Positions 27,236 through 33,831 of a DNA stretch of 33,831 nt are shown in pieces. The notes beneath the pieces were generated by a model. It was not told the origin of the DNA, made no database searches, and was given only the letters and a program-made list of their open reading frames with translations. Position numbers and translations under genes: made by a program. Each line of letters opens with the position of its first letter. The stretch's first letter is position 1. Origin of the DNA: a virus (lineage: Duplodnaviria > Heunggongvirae > Uroviricota > Caudoviricetes); the IMG/VR virus record IMGVR_UViG_2681813321_000006. One strand, written 5' to 3'.

Positions 27236-28134
27236 GTTTAGAAACCAGTCTCGAACTTAATAATCAACTTCTGGCACAACATAATGCGCTGCTTGAACGT
27301 CTTATCCGCACAATGGCATCAGGTATTGTTATGCATCCTGACACGATTTCACGAGTGCAGGAATGTCGGGATACAGCAACTGAAACTGAAAATATGTCAG
27401 CGGCAATGACACTGGATGATCTGGAGTTCAGCGACGTTATCGCACTGGCTGGTTTCTACCCGGTAGCCACCCCTATCACAGAAGACATGCTGCAACGTGC
27501 TGTTGCCTACCGTGATGCTGAAGGCGATAAACGAGTAGTTCAGATTGATCCTCTCGACAGCGCATTGCAGGGCGTCAAACGAGCCAGGGCACTGCATAAA
27601 CCCGCTCTTCTGGACCTGTCCCGTAACATTCTTAAGTTCTGGGACGACCTGCCAACCATCGGCGAGCGACGTGCTTTTGCCGAGCAACTACTTGATGCAC
27701 CTGCAGATGGGCGTGATGAAGTTAAGCCGAAAAAGGCCAGTAACAAAGATGGAGAACGCACGGGGCCGTTTTACGTCAAAAATGTATCCGGCACAGCAGC
27801 CAGTGAACTCCACACCTTACGCAAGTTGAACGAGATGCTTAAAAAAGGCCATATCGAGATCAACCGTGTTGAGTACCTTCAGCTGCAGGAAGAATTTGCA
27901 CGCAGAGACGCAGCAAATTCCAGCCAGAATAATGACGCCAAAGATGACCATACAATTGATTTCGCGGCACTACGCAAACAAGCTGAAGGGTTGATCCTCC
28001 AGTTAGCAAAAGGGGGTTACCGGGCAGAAGCTATTGCAATTCTGGAAAAACAGGGAGCCAGGAAACTTGGTGAAGTAACGGATGAAAATCTCGCTGAAGT
28101 AATCACCCTGGCTGAAAAAGCACTGGAGGGTTAA
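27232..28134 (+). CDS. Hypothetical protein heading the replication operon (unknown function)
   Basis: 300-aa ORF, mostly helical and acidic by composition; 2-nt gap to the nuclease gene. No motif recognised. Confidence 0.45.
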   Translation: MSLETSLELNNQLLAQHNALLERLIRTMASGIVMHPDTISRVQECRDTATETENMSAAMTLDDLEFSDVIALAGFYPVATPITEDMLQRAVAYRDAEGDKRVVQIDPLDSALQGVKRARALHKPALLDLSRNILKFWDDLPTIGERRAFAEQLLDAPADGRDEVKPKKASNKDGERTGPFYVKNVSGTAASELHTLRKLNEMLKKGHIEINRVEYLQLQEEFARRDAANSSQNNDAKDDHTIDFAALRKQAEGLILQLAKGGYRAEAIAILEKQGARKLGEVTDENLAEVITLAEKALEG

Positions 28135-28136
28135 TC

Positions 28137-29438
28137 ATGCCAGACGTTCATGCACAACTTTCTCCATCATCAGCGCATCGATGGATGCGCTGCCCAGGAA
28201 GTCTGGCGCTGGAGGCCACACAACCGGATAAAGAAACAACTTTTGCAATCGAGGGCACTGCAGCGCACGCGCTTGCTGAAAAAGTTCTACGAAACAGGCA
28301 AAGCCACCCGGAACACTACGCCGGATGCAATGTTTCTATGTTTCTCGGCTCATACCCCCTTCGCGAAAATCCTGATGATACATCTGGCCCACAGGTGGAT
28401 GATGAAATGGTCGAAGCCGTTGGCCGGTATGTTGATACGGTCTGGACTCTTGCACAGAATAATGAACTATTGGTTGAACAACGTGTTGATTTCTCACATA
28501 TAACGGGGGTGGAAGAATCTTTCGGAACTGCCGACGGCATAATCATCGCTGGTAACGAATTACAAATCCACGACCTGAAATATGGCAAAGGCGTCCGCAT
28601 TGATGCAGAACAAAATGAGCAACTACAACTGTATGCTCTGGGTGCGCTCGAACAATTCAGCATGCTGTATGACTTTGAGACTGTAAGATTATTTATTCAC
28701 CAGCCAAGGCTCAACCACGTTTCAGAATGGTCGTTAACCGTACAGGAACTTCAGTCTTTCGGTGAACGGGCACAGGAGGCCGCAACCAGTGCGATCCTTG
28801 TTCTCAATATTGCTGAATGCGAAGGCATTGAGACACTACCGCTGGAAAACTTCATACCTGGAGAAAAACAGTGCCGCTTCTGTAAAGCAAAAGCTATTTG
28901 CACTGCCCAGAAAATGCAGCATTTACAAACAGCGGCCAGCGATTTTGAAGATCTGACAAAGCCTGTCAGCGAAATAATCACCAATGCCAGCGCACGTGTA
29001 CCTCTGTTAACCATTGAGCAGCTTGCGGAGATCTATAGCCAGGCCGACTTTATTGAATCCTGGCTAAAGGCAGTACGGGACCGGGTTCACAATGAACTCA
29101 ATGCCGGACATCCGGTACCGGGGTTTAAACTGGTAACAGGAAAACAAGGTAACCGGGCCTGGAGTGATGAAGAGGCAGCTCGCGCACTTCTGAAGGACCA
29201 GTTCAGGTACAAAACTGAAGAAGTATTCGACTTTAAACTTATTAGTCCCACAAAAGCCGAAAAACTTATCAAAAAGGCCAGTCCACGCCGTTGGTCAAAA
29301 GTCGAGGCACTGATAACACGAGCTGATGGTAAACCAACCGTCATTCCCGAGTCAGACCCACGCCCCGCACTCAATATCAACCCTGTAAATGATTTCGACG
29401 ACGTATCCGACGATACGCTAACCGCAGACCTCATCTGA
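28137..29438 (+). CDS. PD-(D/E)XK nuclease, Cas4/RecB-like with Fe-S cysteines (DUF2800-like)
   Basis: 433 aa. Motifs GTADGIII (D), IHDLKYGKG (D-x-K), QLQLYALG (QxxxY); N-terminal Cys (WMRCPGS) plus C-terminal C-x2-C-x5-C ([10 protein letters not shown]) match the Cas4-type 4-Cys cluster. Confidence 0.65.
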   Translation: MPDVHAQLSPSSAHRWMRCPGSLALEATQPDKETTFAIEGTAAHALAEKVLRNRQSHPEHYAGCNVSMFLGSYPLRENPDDTSGPQVDDEMVEAVGRYVDTVWTLAQNNELLVEQRVDFSHITGVEESFGTADGIIIAGNELQIHDLKYGKGVRIDAEQNEQLQLYALGALEQFSMLYDFETVRLFIHQPRLNHVSEWSLTVQELQSFGERAQEAATSAILVLNIAECEGIETLPLENFIPGEKQCRFCKAKAICTAQKMQHLQTAASDFEDLTKPVSEIITNASARVPLLTIEQLAEIYSQADFIESWLKAVRDRVHNELNAGHPVPGFKLVTGKQGNRAWSDEEAARALLKDQFRYKTEEVFDFKLISPTKAEKLIKKASPRRWSKVEALITRADGKPTVIPESDPRPALNINPVNDFDDVSDDTLTADLI

Positions 29439-29453
29439 TTTAAGGAAATACCC

Positions 29454-30002
29454 ATGAAACTGAAGCTGAACAATGTTCGTCTGGCCTTCCCGTCTCTGTT
29501 TGAAGCTAAAACTGTAAACGGCGAAGGCGATCCGCGTTTCTCCGCAGTATTTTTAATGTCTCCCAAACACCCACAACTGGAAGAAATCCGTAAAGCTATG
29601 AAGCAGGTAGCGAAGGAAAAATGGGGAGAGAAGTGGGAGCCCATTTATAACCAGCTGGAGAAAAAACTCAATCTGTGCCTGCATGATGGTGATGAAAAAG
29701 CAGAGTATGAAGGCTTCCCCGGTAATTTCTTCCTGAATGCTGCTAACAAAGCGCGCCCAGCTGTTCTTGATCGCGATCGTTCGCCACTTATTCAGGCTGA
29801 CGGACGTCCCTATGCAGGGTGCTATGTAAACGCCGTTATCGATATCTGGGCACAGGACAATAATTTCGGTAAACGCATTAATGCCTCACTCGGCGGAGTC
29901 CAGTTCCTGCGAGACGGCGATGCATTCGCTGGCGGCGGAGTGGCAAGCGCTGACGATTTCGACGATATCAGCGAAGGTGCTGATGCTGAAGCACTAATTT
30001 AA
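29454..30002 (+). CDS. DUF2815-like phage protein (putative ssDNA-binding/replication accessory)
   Basis: 182 aa; N-terminal MKLKLNNVRLAFPSLFE... resembles DUF2815 proteins that accompany DUF2800 nucleases and family-A polymerases (recollection). Confidence 0.5.
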   Translation: MKLKLNNVRLAFPSLFEAKTVNGEGDPRFSAVFLMSPKHPQLEEIRKAMKQVAKEKWGEKWEPIYNQLEKKLNLCLHDGDEKAEYEGFPGNFFLNAANKARPAVLDRDRSPLIQADGRPYAGCYVNAVIDIWAQDNNFGKRINASLGGVQFLRDGDAFAGGGVASADDFDDISEGADAEALI

Positions 30003-30017
30003 CCCTACTTCATAGAC

Positions 30018-30036
30018 GCCCGGTTAAACACCGGGC
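30018..30036. other. Hairpin between convergent genes (no U-tract)
   Basis: GCCCGG-ttaaaca-CCGGGC, 6-bp stem, between the DUF2815-like gene (+) and the AT-rich membrane gene (-). Confidence 0.4.
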
Positions 30037-30054
30037 TACTGATTAGGCGTATAA

Positions 30055-30684
30055 TCACTCAGGAATCTTAATCTTTCTCAATTCTTTATTTAGTTCACAG
30101 ATCTTTTTCTTAGACGGGAAAGTATCATACATCCAAAAACCAACAGTCTCTAAAACTATTATCATAACCATATACACAAGATAATTTAAAAGGCCTTCAT
30201 TTTGCCCTATGGAAATAATGCAGATAATAGAAAAAAGGGTAAACAGCACAAAACACAGAAAGGAAAACAGACGACTAATAATAAATAAAAAACCTGAAAA
30301 ATCAACATTAATAAAAAACACTCCGTTATCTTTCTCTATATAATTCTGAAGCTTAATCAACTGATTTATATACTGTCTTTTTTCTAATCTATTGCAAATG
30401 TAAATAACATCTCTTCGGTTATAAGATGATTGCAATTTCAGCGCATCACGAATAATTTTATCATTTATTCTTTTTTCTATGGCACTCTTATCCTCCTCAT
30501 CCAGATAACGTTCATACTTAACTAAATATAAAATTAACTTCTTAACATATTTAGGCTCTTTATACTTATAATTAAAAATGATCTTTCTTATCCAGACTCC
30601 CATAACAATCAAACATGAAAAAATATATCCAGCTATTTTCTCCAGATGCTCTGTATGGTCAATCAAGTATTGGATCATATGCAT
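30055..30684 (-). CDS. AT-rich multi-pass membrane protein inserted antisense in the replication operon (moron; candidate exclusion/abortive-infection effector)
   Basis: 209-aa ORF at about 28-30% G+C (hand count) versus about 60% in the flanking polymerase gene. Hydrophobic segments IAGYIFSCLIVMGVWI, FLFIISRLFSFLCFVLFTLFSIICIISI, LLNYLVYMVMIIVLETVGFW; Lys/Tyr-rich cytoplasmic region. Opposite strand to both neighbours. Confidence 0.55.
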   Translation of the reverse strand: MHMIQYLIDHTEHLEKIAGYIFSCLIVMGVWIRKIIFNYKYKEPKYVKKLILYLVKYERYLDEEDKSAIEKRINDKIIRDALKLQSSYNRRDVIYICNRLEKRQYINQLIKLQNYIEKDNGVFFINVDFSGFLFIISRLFSFLCFVLFTLFSIICIISIGQNEGLLNYLVYMVMIIVLETVGFWMYDTFPSKKKICELNKELRKIKIPE

Positions 30685-30730
30685 AATTAATCTTTTAATC
30701 AGTTAATAGAATAAAAACCAAGGTAAACAC

Positions 30731-32794
30731 ATGTCCAATATACTATGGGGCGACCTGGAAACCTATTGCGAAATCCCTATTACGAACGGTACCCATGCGT
30801 ATGCCGAAGGCGTTGAAGTGATGCTTTTCGCATGGGCTATCAACGACGGGCCAGTAAACGTGTGGGATATCACTGCCGGTGGTGGTATTCCACACGGCTT
30901 ATACGAAGCAATCGCAGACCCTGAAACCCTGCTTTATTTCCATAACTCTCACTTCGACCGCACCGTTCTGCGTTATGCAATGCCGCGCCTGGCACCGCCA
31001 GTCGAACGTTGGCGCGACACAATGGTGCAGGCGCTGGCGCACGGTCTCCCGGGGTCTCTGGGGGAACTCTGCGAAGTACTAGGCGTCCCGCAAGACAAAG
31101 CGAAGGACAAAGAAGGTAAAGCGCTGATCCAGCTGTTCTGTAAGCCACGCCCGAAAAACAGCAAACTGCGCCGGGCCACCAGCAAAACCCACCCGGAAGA
31201 ATGGCGGCGCTTTGTTGCTTACGCCGGACTGGATATCGAGGCAATGCGCGAAGTCTATAAACGTCTGCCGAAGTGGAATTATCAGGGGACAGAACTGGCG
31301 CTCTGGCATCGTGATCAGCAGATCAATGACCGGGGCGTCTGCATGGACGTGGAACTCGCACGCGCTGCGATCGACGCGGTAGACCAGGAACAAAAGCGCC
31401 TGGCAAAGCGTACACAGGAAATGACTGATGGCGAAGTGCAGGCAGCCACACAACGAGACGCGTTGATTAAGCACATTGTTGAATCCTACGGTGTGGAGCT
31501 ACCAGACATGCAACGCAGTACTCTGGAACGTCGTATTGCCGACCCCGATTTACCATCTGCCGTGAAAGAACTGCTGGCTATCCGCCTGCAGGCCAGTACT
31601 ACCAGCACCAGTAAATACAAGGCACTGATGAAAGGCGTAAGCCACGACGGGCGCTTACGCGGTACGCTACAGTTCTGCGGGGCGTCACGTACCGGTCGTT
31701 GGGCCGGACGGCTATTCCAGCCCCAGAACCTTCCCCGCCCTTCACTAAAACAGGAACAAATAGACGAAGGCATCGAAGCACTGAAAGCCGGATGTGCAGA
31801 CCTGCTGTTTGACAATATCATGGAACTAACCAGTTCAGCGTTACGTGGCTGCATTATCGCGCCAACAGGCAAAAAGCTGGTGGTAAGTGACTTGTCGAAC
31901 ATTGAAGGCCGTATGCTGGCATGGCTGGCGGGAGAAGAATGGAAACTGAATGCATTCAGAGAGTACGACGCCGGAACGGGTCCGGACTTATATAAACTGG
32001 CGTATGCAAAAGCTTTCGATATTGCACCAGATGATGTTGATAAACACATGCGTCAGATCGGTAAAGTCATGGAACTCGGTCTGGGTTATGGTGGTGGTGT
32101 GTCGGCCTTCATCACTTTTGCACTGGTTTACGGTCTCGATCTCGACGAGCTGGCGAACGCCGCACTACCAAACATTCCCCGCGATGTTATCCGCGAGGCG
32201 AAAAGCTGGTACGACGAATCGGTTAAACGCAAGTCAACCTACGGGCTTTCTGAACGGGTATTTATCGCCTGCGACTCACTTAAACGTCTCTGGCGCCGGG
32301 CGCATCCCGCGACCTGTGATTTCTGGTACGAACTGGAGCGCACCGTCCGCACTGCAATCGCCACACCGCAAAAAACATTGTATTGCGGTTATCTTAAAAT
32401 CCGCCGCGATGGCGCGTGGCTGCGCATACAGCTACCATCCGGACGCGCTGTATGCTACCCGTCTCCGGTTATCGAAAAAGGGAATATCACCTACATGGGG
32501 GTTAACTCTTATTCGCGTAAATGGCAACGACTCAAAACCTACGGCGGAAAGCTGGTGGAGAACATCACCCAGGCGGCCGCCCGCGACATTCTGGCCGGAA
32601 ACATGCCGCTTATCGAAGATGCCGGTTACAGCATTGTGCTGACGGTACACGACGAGGTGATCACCGAAGCACCTGACACAGAAGATTTCAACGATAAAGC
32701 GCTTTCCGCGCTTCTCTCCACTGACCCCGAATGGGCGCCCGATATCCCACTGAACGCTGGCGGTTTTGAGGCGTACCACTACAAAAAAGATTGA
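30731..32794 (+). CDS. Family A DNA polymerase with N-terminal 3'-5' exonuclease domain
   Basis: 687 aa. Exo motifs: GDLETYCE (DxE), [17 protein letters not shown]. Pol motifs: [15 protein letters not shown] (motif A-like), [16 protein letters not shown] (motif B, K...YG), LTVHDEV (motif C HDE). AAGG RBS. Confidence 0.85.
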   Translation: MSNILWGDLETYCEIPITNGTHAYAEGVEVMLFAWAINDGPVNVWDITAGGGIPHGLYEAIADPETLLYFHNSHFDRTVLRYAMPRLAPPVERWRDTMVQALAHGLPGSLGELCEVLGVPQDKAKDKEGKALIQLFCKPRPKNSKLRRATSKTHPEEWRRFVAYAGLDIEAMREVYKRLPKWNYQGTELALWHRDQQINDRGVCMDVELARAAIDAVDQEQKRLAKRTQEMTDGEVQAATQRDALIKHIVESYGVELPDMQRSTLERRIADPDLPSAVKELLAIRLQASTTSTSKYKALMKGVSHDGRLRGTLQFCGASRTGRWAGRLFQPQNLPRPSLKQEQIDEGIEALKAGCADLLFDNIMELTSSALRGCIIAPTGKKLVVSDLSNIEGRMLAWLAGEEWKLNAFREYDAGTGPDLYKLAYAKAFDIAPDDVDKHMRQIGKVMELGLGYGGGVSAFITFALVYGLDLDELANAALPNIPRDVIREAKSWYDESVKRKSTYGLSERVFIACDSLKRLWRRAHPATCDFWYELERTVRTAIATPQKTLYCGYLKIRRDGAWLRIQLPSGRAVCYPSPVIEKGNITYMGVNSYSRKWQRLKTYGGKLVENITQAAARDILAGNMPLIEDAGYSIVLTVHDEVITEAPDTEDFNDKALSALLSTDPEWAPDIPLNAGGFEAYHYKKD

Positions 32795-32858
32795 TATAAC
32801 TCACCTTATCGAGCTATGGCGACATGCTGAATTCGAGTAAATTAAAGGAACAATACTT

Positions 32859-33620
32859 ATGCAGGAACTAACTGAAATGCCGATCACCTATCCATACCCG
32901 AGAGAAACTTTTCCTGACTTTTTGAGGGAGTGTGGGTTCACCAATTTTTCCCACGAACAGCGTGAGACTTGTGACTGCTATCGTTTAACGAATGGCGTAA
33001 TTGTTAACCTTTACACCACCCGGACCATTCAGTTTCAAGGTAACCCTCAAGAACGTCCCAATGTTGAAACTGCAATAATGACCCATTTAGGAACGCCGCC
33101 CACGGCAACACCACTAGCCGTAGAACAGCCATCTGAGCTCCCCAAAAAGATATTCATTGTTCACGGCCATGACCATACTGCAAAGGAGCAACTTGAGCTA
33201 ATCCTTCATAAACTTGGATTACCAGACCATTTCATTTTGCAGAATACGGGAGGGACTGGACTCACCATTATTGAAGAGCTTGAACGTGAAATTGGGCAAG
33301 GACAAACTGCTACCCGTTTCGGGATTGTTCTTTTGACACCTGATGATATGGGATACTCAAAGCGCGCCGGTGAAGCAGAAATCCAACCCCGCGCAAGACA
33401 GAACGTTGTACTCGAGATGGGTATGCTTCTTTCGTCCTTAGGGCGCAGCAATGTAGCAATCCTTCAGAAACAGCACCTAGAACAGCCTTCTGATGCTAAC
33501 GGGATTTTGTATCTGAATTTCAACGACCATGTACGTGAAACAGTTCCTCGTCTAGTGCAACGGTTACAAAATTCTGGTTTCGAATTTACACAAGCTCAAA
33601 TAGCTAACGCTTCCTCGTAA
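32859..33620 (+). CDS. Two-domain protein: unknown Cys-containing N-terminal domain plus C-terminal TIR-like (COG4271-type) domain
   Basis: 253 aa, AAAGGAA RBS. C-terminal region KKIFIVHGHD...RFGIVLLTPDD...RARQNVVLEMGML matches my recollection of the TIR-like nucleotide-binding family signature. N-terminal about 95 aa with ETCDCYR. Assignment not verified by search. Confidence 0.5.
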   Translation: MQELTEMPITYPYPRETFPDFLRECGFTNFSHEQRETCDCYRLTNGVIVNLYTTRTIQFQGNPQERPNVETAIMTHLGTPPTATPLAVEQPSELPKKIFIVHGHDHTAKEQLELILHKLGLPDHFILQNTGGTGLTIIEELEREIGQGQTATRFGIVLLTPDDMGYSKRAGEAEIQPRARQNVVLEMGMLLSSLGRSNVAILQKQHLEQPSDANGILYLNFNDHVRETVPRLVQRLQNSGFEFTQAQIANASS

Positions 33621-33643
33621 TTACCCCTTATTGTTGATTACAA

Positions 33644-33668
33644 CCCTGCATCGCGGGGTTTTTTATTT
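33644..33668 (+). terminator. Intrinsic terminator after the TIR-like gene
   Basis: CCCTGC-atc-GCGGGG stem (one G.U pair) followed by TTTTTTATTT. Confidence 0.6.
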
Positions 33669-33747
33669 GGGAATAAAAACCCTATGTCATTTAAATACCG
33701 GGACAGTCCGCTTTATTGTAAGCGACTCGTCAGAACCGTATTGATAT

Positions 33748-33831
33748 TTACTGAGAGCTCAGATCAACTTTCCAGGGCAACAGATCGCGTACCCGGTTTG
33801 CCGGCCAGTCCTGGATATGTTCAATGACGTA
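33748..33831 (-). CDS. 3' end of an unidentified minus-strand gene running off the window
   Basis: Open frame from the window edge to TAA at 33748-33750; visible C-terminus ...YVIEHIQDWPANRVRDLLPWKVDLSSQ. Too short to assign. Confidence 0.2.
   Translation of the reverse strand, partial: YVIEHIQDWPANRVRDLLPWKVDLSSQ

Noticed and set aside
31486-32049. 187-aa minus-strand ORF inside the DNA polymerase gene
   Set aside because: Antisense to the polymerase region carrying conserved motifs; Ser/Pro/Arg-rich product, no start context.
1-33831. CRISPR array, tRNA/tmRNA genes, integrase or transposase
   Set aside because: No regularly spaced direct repeats of CRISPR type, no cloverleaf-compatible segments in intergenic regions inspected by eye, and no ORF with tyrosine/serine recombinase or DDE transposase motifs; a scan by eye cannot fully exclude small RNAs.

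Overview
The window is almost entirely a tailed-phage (prophage) genome segment, read by hand from the ORF track and sequence with no database searches. The minus strand carries one long co-oriented gene set running from high to low coordinates: cro-like regulator, prim-pol/helicase, an iteron array, Q-like antiterminator, a lambda-like lysis cassette (dual-start holin, R-like endolysin, Rz with embedded Rz1), small and large terminase, a Mu-like head module (portal, gpF-like, scaffold, capsid), and contractile-tail plus P2/Mu-like baseplate genes ending in a short tail fibre. The plus strand carries a CI-like S24 repressor followed by a replication module (Cas4-like Fe-S nuclease, DUF2815-like protein, family-A DNA polymerase). 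No integrase, tRNA or CRISPR array was seen. The best candidates for undescribed biology are accessory genes at module junctions: (1) a 253-aa protein with a C-terminal TIR-like domain just after the polymerase (32859-33620); (2) an AT-rich multi-pass membrane protein inserted antisense inside the replication operon (30055-30684); (3) an AT-rich cassette inside the baseplate operon encoding a signal-peptide protein and a 3-TM membrane protein, bounded by an intrinsic terminator (3842-4975); (4) two translationally coupled small ORFs after Q; (5) a zinc-ribbon/TM-peptide/300-aa cassette behind a 20-bp palindrome downstream of cI. Family names are from motif recollection and gene order; ORF-track starts often use TTG/GTG, and several were refined to ATG with a Shine-Dalgarno.
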